IMG/VR virus record: IMGVR_UViG_3300027686_001029
From: a virus
Reading direction: 5' to 3' (one strand)
DNA length: 64,000 nt
Shown here: piece by piece, positions 55,590 through 64,000 of the stretch
How positions within the stretch are numbered: position 1 is the stretch's first letter
Layout: each line of letters starts with the position of its first letter
Notes under the pieces: model-generated
Database searches by the model: none
Seen by the model: the letters and a program-made list of their open reading frames with translations, nothing else
What the model was told of the DNA's origin: nothing
Program-made: the position numbers and the translations under genes

Positions 55590-57010
55590 TAGTTTACTAA
55601 TATATGGTGATAATTATCTAAAGAATCTTTACTAATAACTTTATACCCGCAAGTAGTTAGACCATCTTTATGATAACCGGTTCCTGATTTATAATAACTA
55701 TCTAAATACTTAAGTTGGTTATTCCTACTAGACCAACTTACCCAGTACCCATCTTTATATCCATTTTCTGTATGAGGTAATACTTCAAATCTACCTTTTC
55801 TTCTGAAAGGTATTGGTCTTTTGACGTCTGGTGTTTTATGAATATCTACTTGTTCACAATTTACTACGGTTCCGTTAGCAGATTTTTTTAAATCTATAAG
55901 CTCCCCAGAATCTACAAATTTACAGTCGTAATATGATGATAAACTCAAGCCTGATTCTAAGCCAAATAAACTCCTATTGGTATTATTTCCTAACTGTAGG
56001 CATTCCCTTTCTGTTAAATCTGTATTATAAGTAGCAAAAGTATCTATATTTCCTTTAAACCAGTTTCTTCTTTCTTCCCTATTGGGATCTCCTACTCCTA
56101 AGTAGATATATTTTGACTTCCTTAAATTTGATAGTTTATCAAATGCATTTTCTCCAACTAGTTCTCCATTAATGTACATCTTAACAGTAGGTGGCATAAA
56201 ATCATCAGTATTTTCATTGAGAGTTTTACTTCTTACAGTAATTACAGCATTATATCTACCTGCTCTTAATCCTTTTGTAGGTAAAGATATAGACTCTAAA
56301 TTCTTTTTCCAAAACTGAAATGTCAAGTCAAAAAAGGAATTAACAGTTAAAGTTGTATCAAACCCTGGTATGCTAAATATTGAGTTGTTATCTGAGATTT
56401 GATGCTGATTAGTATTTATTTCATCGTAACTAAAAGATACGAATATAGAAAAATTTCTTGAACTATTCAACTTGTTAGGTATTGCAACATAACTATCTTC
56501 ACCATTAAATTCTAATGCTGTTGCTGCTCTTGCTTTTTGTACTGTTTCATTACCGTCTAATGCAATATGGTTTTCCAAACAACGGAGCAGTAGGTTATCA
56601 TCTTCAAATCCCCATCCTTGGTATAAGTTGGTATACCCGTTTATTTGTTTAAATATACTTACAGGAAAAAGAGTCACACCACCAAAGTATTCATCAAAGA
56701 GTGTCCTAGATACTCCTTGAGGTAAATCCAAATCGGTAATTAAGTGAAGAGGTTTATCCGAGTAGCTATAGTCGACATCTATGGGCAACATGTCTATATC
56801 GTGAAATACTACATAATCACAACCTAGTTTCTCAGCTTCTTTGAATCCTATATTTAAAAGCCTTCCCCTATTAAATTCTTTCTTACCTTGTTGGTCGACT
56901 ATAATTAATTCAAAGCTAATATCAGTAATATACTGATTAATACTTTCTCTAAACTTAGTTAATTGGTCTGGTCTATTTCTATAAGGTACAATTATACCTA
57001 ATTTATGCAT
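55589..57010 (-). CDS. Second GT7-like galactosyltransferase with inserted LamG/ConA-like domain; start refined to MHKLG
   Basis: VPYRNR, FNRG, FHDIDM, YFGGV, GWGFEDDNL; LamG-like LEFNG..MYING..FKGNID; C-terminal H..N..DGL. Confidence 0.8.
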   Translation of the reverse strand: MHKLGIIVPYRNRPDQLTKFRESINQYITDISFELIIVDQQGKKEFNRGRLLNIGFKEAEKLGCDYVVFHDIDMLPIDVDYSYSDKPLHLITDLDLPQGVSRTLFDEYFGGVTLFPVSIFKQINGYTNLYQGWGFEDDNLLLRCLENHIALDGNETVQKARAATALEFNGEDSYVAIPNKLNSSRNFSIFVSFSYDEINTNQHQISDNNSIFSIPGFDTTLTVNSFFDLTFQFWKKNLESISLPTKGLRAGRYNAVITVRSKTLNENTDDFMPPTVKMYINGELVGENAFDKLSNLRKSKYIYLGVGDPNREERRNWFKGNIDTFATYNTDLTERECLQLGNNTNRSLFGLESGLSLSSYYDCKFVDSGELIDLKKSANGTVVNCEQVDIHKTPDVKRPIPFRRKGRFEVLPHTENGYKDGYWVSWSSRNNQLKYLDSYYKSGTGYHKDGLTTCGYKVISKDSLDNYHHILVN

Positions 57011-57233
57011 TCTTTTTAGACTTAGACGGTTTAGACTTAGTTGTTGAAGCTTCATCTATGTACTGCTCTTTCCAGAGACTAAGATACCATGCCATTCTAT
57101 CTCCCCAGCCTTCTTTGTCTATTTCTTCAAACCACATAGTTAGGCTATCTAAAGATAAGGATATTTTTTCTAGGGCTCTAACTTTACGTTGTTCTAATAC
57201 TATATCGTCTGCTTTTTTGTCTATTTTACTCAT
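57003..57233 (-). CDS. Hypothetical protein
   Basis: ORF with overlapping start/stop packing. Confidence 0.6.
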   Translation of the reverse strand: MSKIDKKADDIVLEQRKVRALEKISLSLDSLTMWFEEIDKEGWGDRMAWYLSLWKEQYIDEASTTKSKPSKSKKNA

Positions 57234-58072
57234 ATTTTAACTATTTTATTTGTTAATGTACTCCATTTAGAGTAGGTAGAATAACCAATATACGAACTTT
57301 CAATTAAGTTCTCAACTAAATACTCCGATTTTTTTAAGTCGAATTTCATATCATTATCTGCTATTGCATCATACATATCTCTATACTCATACCAATGTTT
57401 GTAGTTATCTTGCATTTTAGAACACCATAGTAATCTTTCTAAAATAGTAGAATCCCACTTAAAATGATGAACCTGTGTAAAGCATTCTTCTACAGGCATT
57501 CTTTTAGGGTGAGTTATCCCCCAACTGTTACTACCGTTATTAAAATCAGCGTAATGTTGTCCATCCGTTACATCTTGATACCCTTTCATTAAAGTTACTT
57601 TATTAGGACAGGCTCCAGACATTGGATATCTAAAAAAACCGGCATTAGGAAATAACTTATGAATATCCGTATCTCTCGGTACTTTGGGGAAAGTACCATT
57701 AGTACCTATTCTATCTAAGAACCCTCCTGTGACAAAGTCATATCCTTTGTTATCACAGTGTTTCACTATACTTTCAACTGTGTCTGGGTATATTTGTAGT
57801 TCATCGTCATCAGCTACTATCCACCAGTCATTTGGACGGGACCTTTTTACTTCGTTATAAATCTTAGTTACTTGATACCAGTTAAATTTATCATCAACTA
57901 CAACCTTATATGGTTTAATATTTAACTCTTCTAATTCATTCAGAACTCCAATATGCTGACGATCGGTGTAAACACAGAGATATATCTTATCAACCATATT
58001 CTCGTAATGCTTTAACATATGCGGTAATATGGGGGTATTGTACCCGACTACTGTAACTAGGTTAATCTTCAT
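57230..58072 (-). CDS. GT-A fold glycosyltransferase-like protein (GT2/GT92-like)
   Basis: WWIVADDDEL DxD region; HHFKW. Confidence 0.65.
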   Translation of the reverse strand: MKINLVTVVGYNTPILPHMLKHYENMVDKIYLCVYTDRQHIGVLNELEELNIKPYKVVVDDKFNWYQVTKIYNEVKRSRPNDWWIVADDDELQIYPDTVESIVKHCDNKGYDFVTGGFLDRIGTNGTFPKVPRDTDIHKLFPNAGFFRYPMSGACPNKVTLMKGYQDVTDGQHYADFNNGSNSWGITHPKRMPVEECFTQVHHFKWDSTILERLLWCSKMQDNYKHWYEYRDMYDAIADNDMKFDLKKSEYLVENLIESSYIGYSTYSKWSTLTNKIVKI

Positions 58073-58967
58073 ACCAATCTCCTCCTGCTGCGTCTAATGT
58101 TTCTCCCGGTACTTCATTCAATAAAAAATCACCGTAAGTGTTTTCATCCCAATCTCCATCAAAAAAATGTAGTATATACTGGTTAGGGCTATTCTTATGT
58201 ATTGGGTTTCCTCCTCCTTTTTCATACCAATCAGCGTCAGTATCTACTTCGTAGAAGTAAACTGTAGGGGTCGTAAGTATATTAGAAGTTGCTGCATAAT
58301 CATCTGCATCTAACATACCACTTATTTGTTTATTCATTTCTTGATATAGCTTTAATGAAAAAGTATGTACCCCAAAAGAATTTAATATGGTATTACCTTT
58401 TCTTTTAAATCCTAAGTCTAAAATCTCTAAAAATAACCTGTATTCTTTTTTGGCAAAAATTACTGCGTTATTTAATTTAGGTATAACTAAACCGTATTTG
58501 TTATAGTGGTACTCGTATACTGTCTTTTCTTGACCTACAATAATATCATAAGAATTCTGTATTTTAAGTTCTGGAGCTATATGCCAATCGGAGAAAGGGT
58601 AGTCATCTCTTACTATAGTAGTAAGGTTTAGAAATTCATCTAAATCTCTTTTTATAACTGTATCCATATCTAAATATAAACCCCCATAAACATAAAGTAT
58701 CATTAATCTAGCGCAATCTACTTTTTTAATTACTCCTGTTATTGTCTTATATTCTTCTAATCTTTCAGGAAAATGTTCCTTTATCAAAGTAAGAACAGTA
58801 GTTTCGTTCCATAATGTATACCCCCAACCTTTTTTATCGCAGAAGTCTTTATGGCTATTAGAGAACTCTATATAATCTTTATTTCCTATGCATCCTATTC
58901 CGTAATTGCTATCTGGTTTCTGAAACCAAATTTGATGTATGTGTTTATTAAAGTTTTCAATTAACAT
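58062..58967 (-). CDS. GT32/Och1-like DxD glycosyltransferase
   Basis: HQIW, LWNE, DCARL.ILY.YGGLYLDMD, NNAV, H.FDG.W. Confidence 0.85.
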   Translation of the reverse strand: MLIENFNKHIHQIWFQKPDSNYGIGCIGNKDYIEFSNSHKDFCDKKGWGYTLWNETTVLTLIKEHFPERLEEYKTITGVIKKVDCARLMILYVYGGLYLDMDTVIKRDLDEFLNLTTIVRDDYPFSDWHIAPELKIQNSYDIIVGQEKTVYEYHYNKYGLVIPKLNNAVIFAKKEYRLFLEILDLGFKRKGNTILNSFGVHTFSLKLYQEMNKQISGMLDADDYAATSNILTTPTVYFYEVDTDADWYEKGGGNPIHKNSPNQYILHFFDGDWDENTYGDFLLNEVPGETLDAAGGDWYED

Positions 58968-59901
58968 TATAGAGTGGTTTTAAATTATCTAAATACTGAG
59001 GGAAGTTATCTTCTAACATTTTTTTATGTCTTTCTAAATAAAGTATTAAATTATTAGAACTATGTCTATTAAAGTTTACTGTTTCTTCTTTTAGTTGGTG
59101 TTTAAAAGACCAGGTATGATCAAACCCTATTGACTGTACTAATGGATTATCATCTATAACAGTCCATGAATCTCTAATTTCTTTTTCTAAAGGTAAAAAT
59201 TTAAGGTTACTAAAGGTACCCCATTCTATATTTTCAGTTTTCATCATCATCATTAGTAGACGTTGATCAGCAAATAAATACTGTACCTGAGATAGATGAG
59301 GATCCTGTACATTATTTAATAGTTCAAACTGCATTGCTTTATCAGCATATTTCTTTTTAAATTCTGGGTTATTAAAGTATAGGATGCTTGTGTTACATAC
59401 TTCATCATCCCAATTCCAATCGTCATCATATTTAAATCCTTCTACTTTTAATTTATCTTTATCAGGGTAGTAGTAGGGATTAATTTCTTCTAAGTGTGCA
59501 AATCTAACATCAGCATCCCATAGTTCGTCAGGTATAGGGGTGTATATTAAATTATCATGATCTAAAAGAACGAATGGACATTCTAACTCTCCTATTAACC
59601 AGGTTTTAAAGGCAGTCCAGTTATTAACTGAGTTAATATTTAGTTTGTTGAACTGTTTAGTTTTACTAGTATCTATTTTATCCCAGTATATATCATATCC
59701 TAATTTTTCTAAGTAACTCTTAAATGTATCATCTGTGTATAAGTGTATTTCACCAATATGTTTTTTATACATTAGTGCTGATAATATAAAGTGTAAGAGT
59801 TCAAAATTAAACATAGAGTATGTTTCCATACTTTCTTTTGTATGGTGTCCTGCTGTTCCTGTTAATACAGGGTTAGACCAATAAGCATGTACTCCTATCA
59901 A
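58957..59901 (-). CDS. Putative nucleotide-diphospho-sugar transferase-like protein (DUF6734-like)
   Basis: LYTD, W...K....PFVLLDHD, CNTSILY, DQ.LL. Confidence 0.55.
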   Translation of the reverse strand: MIGVHAYWSNPVLTGTAGHHTKESMETYSMFNFELLHFILSALMYKKHIGEIHLYTDDTFKSYLEKLGYDIYWDKIDTSKTKQFNKLNINSVNNWTAFKTWLIGELECPFVLLDHDNLIYTPIPDELWDADVRFAHLEEINPYYYPDKDKLKVEGFKYDDDWNWDDEVCNTSILYFNNPEFKKKYADKAMQFELLNNVQDPHLSQVQYLFADQRLLMMMMKTENIEWGTFSNLKFLPLEKEIRDSWTVIDDNPLVQSIGFDHTWSFKHQLKEETVNFNRHSSNNLILYLERHKKMLEDNFPQYLDNLKPLYNVN

Positions 59902-60755
59902 TTTTTAAGTTCTTTTAAAGGTTCTAAGTTTAACTCTGGTTGGTTTTTTAATATGTTATAAAGTGTTTTATACTCTTTAGTATTCTTGTCTTTTCTGATT
60001 ATAGGCTTATCCATCCAGTAGTGCTTAAAGTATAGTTCGTGATTAGGAGGTGCTATAATACCTTTCTCTGTTGCTCTAAATACCTTAGTTTCGCATACCC
60101 ATTCTTGTTTCATTAGAGTAGTATACTCTACTCTATGGTAATCTAATAGGTGTCTCAAGGTAAGTTGCTCAGCAAAAATAAGAAAAGTAGAATTTGGAGC
60201 TTTTAATTTAGTAAATCTCTCCATCATCTCTAAACTAAATTGAGCATAACTATTTGCGAATTTATAATCAGGAAAGTAACAAAAGCTACAATTTATCGCT
60301 TGGGGTACAGGTCTAGATATCATATCTGATATTTCTGCTATAAAAGGATCGTTTGCTGTAGGATAGTACATTGTTCCGTCTTCTTTATGAGTAAAGACAG
60401 GTTTATCGTTTAACATTTCTGATATGTTCTTATATATCAAGAAATCATTATCCATTACTATAGTTGGTTCTTTTATATTCCTTAGTACTTCTAATTTACT
60501 AGAAGCCCAAAATACACTCTTGTCAATAAAGGTATTTATTGCTAGATTTTTTACTTCATCCCAAAGGTCTAAAGCATTGAGTGTTTTAAGAAAGTCTTTT
60601 GTTGATTTATCGCAGTATAGTATACAAGTATCATTAGGATGATTCTTCTTATATAAAAAAACAGAGCTCAATAGTAATAAACTATCAAGCTTAGTATAAA
60701 AGAGATGTTTCTCTTTATCTGTCTTTATGTTCTCTAATACCCACAGTACTTGCAC
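59898..60755 (-). CDS. Putative nucleotide-diphospho-sugar transferase-like protein (DUF6734-like)
   Basis: LYCD, WASSK....PTIVMDND, INCSFCY, EQ.TL. Confidence 0.55.
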   Translation of the reverse strand: MQVLWVLENIKTDKEKHLFYTKLDSLLLLSSVFLYKKNHPNDTCILYCDKSTKDFLKTLNALDLWDEVKNLAINTFIDKSVFWASSKLEVLRNIKEPTIVMDNDFLIYKNISEMLNDKPVFTHKEDGTMYYPTANDPFIAEISDMISRPVPQAINCSFCYFPDYKFANSYAQFSLEMMERFTKLKAPNSTFLIFAEQLTLRHLLDYHRVEYTTLMKQEWVCETKVFRATEKGIIAPPNHELYFKHYWMDKPIIRKDKNTKEYKTLYNILKNQPELNLEPLKELKN

Positions 60756-60782
60756 AACCTATTGTTTTAACTATTATAACCA

Positions 60783-60814
60783 TTAATATACGAAATTTAC
60801 TGCTTACTTACAAA
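60783..60814 (-). promoter_or_regulatory. Bacteroidota-type sigma-A promoter heading the GT/radical SAM island
   Basis: TTTG-N20-TATATTAA. Confidence 0.75.
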
Positions 60815-60817
60815 TTA

Positions 60818-61267
60818 TTATGTAAATTCTGCGTAAAATACTGTAGTACTTGTTTGTGCTGCTGCATTCAAGGTAAGAGTAGTACCAGTTTGAATTTGTG
60901 ATCCTCCTGATCCACCAGCTCTCCATCTAACAAAAGTTTTAGGGTATGCTGCTGTTTCGTCTGCAGTAAGTGTTAAGTTACCTTCATCTAAATTACAGTT
61001 TTTTAATGCTACTGTACCTGTCTGATCTGCTAAAGCATAACTTCCTGGTCCTGCTACATCTACATATCCTCCAGATGATACCTGTATTGATCCATAAAAC
61101 CAATTATTGTCTCGTATCTCACTTGCAGCAGTTGGGTTACTGTTGCTCGGTGAGGCATCTGCCAGTGCATCATTCATAGTTACATTCGAATCTGAGCTAA
61201 TATTATTTGCCCATGTATCAAAAGAGCTAAAAGAAATGTTTGTTGTTCCGTATGTTTGTACTGCCAT
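60818..61267 (-). CDS. Putative virion protein with C-terminal InlB-B-repeat-like domain
   Basis: N-terminal NISFSSF..., C-terminal TLTA..YP.TF..W..GGSGG...FYAEFT. Confidence 0.55.
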   Translation of the reverse strand: MAVQTYGTTNISFSSFDTWANNISSDSNVTMNDALADASPSNSNPTAASEIRDNNWFYGSIQVSSGGYVDVAGPGSYALADQTGTVALKNCNLDEGNLTLTADETAAYPKTFVRWRAGGSGGSQIQTGTTLTLNAAAQTSTTVFYAEFT

Positions 61268-61269
61268 GT

Positions 61270-61815
61270 CTAATCTTTTATTATTTTATCTTTAGGAAAT
61301 AACTTACCTAACTCGGAAGCTAGATGTTTATAAGAAACCTTTGTTAAATTATCAATAATTGAGGAGTCTATTACCTCTCTTACTTCTTGTTTATCTCCTA
61401 CTTTTACATTTTTCTTTTCTTCTACGGTACGGTAAAGAGTTAACTCTTCTCCTTCTTCATTGAAGCTTATGTAAGGTACTTCTCTTTTAAAACTCTGTTC
61501 TTCATAAACTGGAACAGTAACTTTCTTTTTAGTAGCTATTGGAAACTTATAGAGATTAACTATCTCTTTTTCTTCTCCGTCCTTACTATTATCATAGCAA
61601 ATTACTTTTGAAGATACTAGACCAATAGCATTATTATAAGGCTCTGATGTATATTGTCTGTTCATATCTTTCCCAAACTTTTTGTTTAGCCAAGATGTTG
61701 TAGTGAATCTAATTTCACTTACAGACCTGTTTATTTTCCACGTATCAATACGTATGTACAGTTCATCAGTAGGTCCAGAACTTGTTTCTAATTCGCAACT
61801 TATTTTTAATCCCAT
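61270..61815 (-). CDS. Hypothetical protein, possibly fibre assembly
   Basis: Directly downstream of the tail fibre gene. Confidence 0.6.
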   Translation of the reverse strand: MGLKISCELETSSGPTDELYIRIDTWKINRSVSEIRFTTTSWLNKKFGKDMNRQYTSEPYNNAIGLVSSKVICYDNSKDGEEKEIVNLYKFPIATKKKVTVPVYEEQSFKREVPYISFNEEGEELTLYRTVEEKKNVKVGDKQEVREVIDSSIIDNLTKVSYKHLASELGKLFPKDKIIKD

Positions 61816-61830
61816 AACGTTTAATGTATA

Positions 61831-63546
61831 TTAATTACAATTACACTTATCTACTTTAGCAGATAATTCTTTAACTGCTTCTATTAATACTGCTGTTAAT
61901 TTTACATAATCAACTGCTAAATATCCATTGTCTCTTTCATGAACTAACTCTGGGTATACAGCTTGTACTTCTTGTGCTTTAACTCCAATGTCGTGTCCTT
62001 CTTTGCTTACTATTTCTTCAATTCCTTCTTTCCAATCGAATTCGTATCCACCTATTTGGTTTACTTTATCTAAAGCTCCTGCTAGTGGTGCAAAGTTTTC
62101 TTTTAGTCTTTCGTCAGAAGAATAGTATGCTGTAATATCTCCAGTTGCTCTAATCTCTCCTGTTGTACCAGATGCTGCTGTACCTACTCCAAAGCTATCA
62201 AACCGTACGTCATCGTCAGTATCTAAGTTTAGATCTCCTAATGTCTGATCTGCTGTTGCAGAAGATTCTATACCATCTAATTTAGTACCATCAGTTGCAA
62301 CATCTCTTCCATCAAATGTACTATTAGTTGTAATAGCTCCTGTCATTGCACCACCACCTTTAGGTAATGCAGCATCTGCTTTAGTTCCTTGTGCTGCTGT
62401 AGCGTAATCTGTTGAATCGAATGCTTTAACTTCTGCTAAGTTATCTACTTCACTATCCATTAATGCACCTGCAGTAGTTACATCCGAAGTTGTTGTTGTG
62501 TTTGTGTTCGTTGTATATGAAGGAGTTCCAAATGATCCATCATGTTTTAAGAATGTTCCTGCTGAACCAGCAGATGGTACTAAATTCCCATTTCCAGTTC
62601 CAATAGCACTTCTTAATTCAGATGCAGTTTGGTCAGCAGTTGCTGAAGCTTCGATTGCATTTAATTTAGTGTGATCATCATCTGTAAATGTATTTGAATC
62701 ACTTGCTGCTTCTACTGCTGCCTTAATTTCATCATTTGTTTGGTCTGCAGTTGCACTTGCTTCGATACCGTCTAATTTAGTACCGTCAGTTGCAACATCT
62801 CTTCCATCAAATGTACTATTAGTTGTAATAGCTCCTGTCATTGCTCCACCTACTTTAGGTAGTGCAGCACCTGCTGTAGTTGCATTGGTTGCTACTTGAC
62901 CGCCACTAAGACTTGATACTAATCCTGCTGCTATATTTTTTTCGATTACTCTCTGTGCATGAGCTGATCCACTTAGTATACCTACTTTAGCTATACGGTC
63001 TGTATGAGCTGATCCACTTAGTACACTTACTTTAGCTATACGGTCTGTATGAGCTGATCCAGATAGTGCTCCTCTTTCGGTATCTGTTGATATACCTAAA
63101 CTGTCAAGAGCATCAATAGTAGCATCTAATGAAGCTGAAATTTGATTTCTTCTAATATGTGCAGAACCACTCAACGTATTTACTGCTGCCACATATTCTC
63201 CTCTTATAGCTCCTGCTGAAGATCCTGAATAGGTATTAAATGTTGCTGTCGGTAGTCTGTTACCTACTGATGTAGCTAAAGATGCAGAGAAATTAGAATC
63301 GTCTCCTAATGCTGCTGCTAATTCGTTTAATGTATCTAGTGCTCCTGGAGAACTATCTACTAGATCGGCTACTTTGGCGTCAGTGTATGTTGCTACTGAA
63401 GCACTATAAGTTCCAAATCCTGTTGTTGCTGTTAAGACTACTTGCGAGGATCCCGACACAATCGGTTGTTCAGCAGTCGATGTAATGGATCCGCTAAAAG
63501 ATCCGGAGATTGACGCGTTAGTCAATTGTGCACTATCTATTCTCAT
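61831..63546 (-). CDS. Tail fibre/spike with C-terminal intramolecular chaperone (peptidase S74) domain
   Basis: SSDERLKEN, HDIGVKAQEV..VYPELV, YLAVDY.KL..VLIEA.KEL; PGALDTLNELAAALGDD fibre motif; internal repeats. Confidence 0.9.
   Translation of the reverse strand: MRIDSAQLTNASISGSFSGSITSTAEQPIVSGSSQVVLTATTGFGTYSASVATYTDAKVADLVDSSPGALDTLNELAAALGDDSNFSASLATSVGNRLPTATFNTYSGSSAGAIRGEYVAAVNTLSGSAHIRRNQISASLDATIDALDSLGISTDTERGALSGSAHTDRIAKVSVLSGSAHTDRIAKVGILSGSAHAQRVIEKNIAAGLVSSLSGGQVATNATTAGAALPKVGGAMTGAITTNSTFDGRDVATDGTKLDGIEASATADQTNDEIKAAVEAASDSNTFTDDDHTKLNAIEASATADQTASELRSAIGTGNGNLVPSAGSAGTFLKHDGSFGTPSYTTNTNTTTTSDVTTAGALMDSEVDNLAEVKAFDSTDYATAAQGTKADAALPKGGGAMTGAITTNSTFDGRDVATDGTKLDGIESSATADQTLGDLNLDTDDDVRFDSFGVGTAASGTTGEIRATGDITAYYSSDERLKENFAPLAGALDKVNQIGGYEFDWKEGIEEIVSKEGHDIGVKAQEVQAVYPELVHERDNGYLAVDYVKLTAVLIEAVKELSAKVDKCNCN
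62246..62869. repeat. Two approximately 125-bp direct repeats 495 bp apart inside the fibre gene
   Basis: Both encode ALPK.GGAMTGAITTNSTFDGRDVATDGTKLDGIE.SATADQT (about 62246-62374 and 62741-62869). Confidence 0.9.
62959..63060. repeat. 45-bp tandem repeat (15 aa, LSGSAHTDRIAKVxx), about 2.3 copies
   Basis: atgagctgatcc starts at 62959, 63004 and 63049. Confidence 0.9.
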
Positions 63547-63666
63547 CTGTTGTTTTTTTAAGTAATTACGTTGTTATTAATAAATATCTCTGTTCTATGT
63601 TAAACCTATTTTTTTCTTTAGTTAGTTTACTGTGTTCCATGTGGGTAAATTACCGTATATTATAAG

Positions 63667-63999
63667 CTATTTTTTTACGATTATTTTCCCTGCAAAAGTT
63701 GTAGAAAAATCAACAGTTACTCTATTTACTGAGTTTGATGTTACATCTTTTGGTATTTCTTGTTGTGAAGTTCCTGTGTTCCATACTTGAACAATTGGAT
63801 ACTGTTCATTCAAGTTGTGATCTACTGTATATGAAGATGCTCCACTAACTGTTTCTTTATGAGTAGTTAAATCTGTTATTTGAGATGAACCACTAACGAT
63901 TGCATTTGTAAATAATGCATTACTACCGTTTATACTAAATGATCTATCGAAAGTGTTTGCAGTATATCCAGAATCTATTGAATCTTGTTCACTTGATTG
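63667..63999 (-). CDS. C-terminal end of a virion fibre-like protein (5'-truncated by the window edge)
   Basis: Open frame ending VDHNLNEQYPIVQVW...VTVDFSTTFAGKIIVKK*. Confidence 0.75.
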   Translation of the reverse strand, partial: QSSEQDSIDSGYTANTFDRSFSINGSNALFTNAIVSGSSQITDLTTHKETVSGASSYTVDHNLNEQYPIVQVWNTGTSQQEIPKDVTSNSVNRVTVDFSTTFAGKIIVKK

Positions 64000-64000
64000 T

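Noticed and set aside
1647-61295. All plus-strand ORFs in the track (e.g. 13204-13608, 24489-24965, 26091-26465, 37870-38193)
   Set aside because: Antisense shadows of well-supported minus-strand genes, with no recognisable motifs
62959-63060. 45-bp repeats as a CRISPR array or DGR target
   Set aside because: In-frame coding repeats without unique spacers; no cas or reverse transcriptase gene in the window
1-64000. Stop-codon reassignment as in some Bacteroidota phages
   Set aside because: Long intact ORFs under the standard code, with TAG and TGA both used as real stops; no suppressor tRNA seen

Overview
The window is a 64-kb segment of a large, AT-rich contractile-tailed dsDNA phage (myovirus); every credible gene is on the minus strand. 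A Bacteroidota (probably Flavobacteriia) host is inferred from ten TTG-N19/20-TATATTWN promoters matching the Bacteroidota -33/-7 sigma-A architecture, and from host-like small genes (Hc1-type histone-like, DUF4494-like, DUF6952-like). Modules from left to right: a chaperone module (hc1, groEL, groES, hsp20, J-domain), family A DNA polymerase, and an initiator-type tRNA-Met. Next is a complete 7-deazaguanine pathway (folE, queD, queE, queC, queF) with a TGT-fold DpdA3-like gene and a PurN-like formyltransferase (DpdN-like), interleaved with a PRTase, a P-loop kinase, a MazG-like pyrophosphatase and a ferredoxin. Then a carbamoyltransferase/radical-SAM cassette, class Ia RNR, and replication genes (DnaB, 5'-3' exonuclease, RecA/UvsX, SSB, a second divergent PolA). 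The tail module (baseplate, tape measure, chaperone with a candidate +1 frameshift, tube, sheath) is followed by a 16-kb island of radical SAM enzymes, a B12 radical SAM fusion, a 2OG-Fe(II) hydroxylase and glycosyltransferases (two with an inserted LamG-like domain) next to tail-fibre genes. The best candidates for undescribed biology are (i) that tailoring island, possibly a virion glycan biosynthetic cluster, and (ii) a nucleotide-pool-level route to a deazaguanine-substituted genome. All family assignments were made by eye from motifs; no database searches were run.
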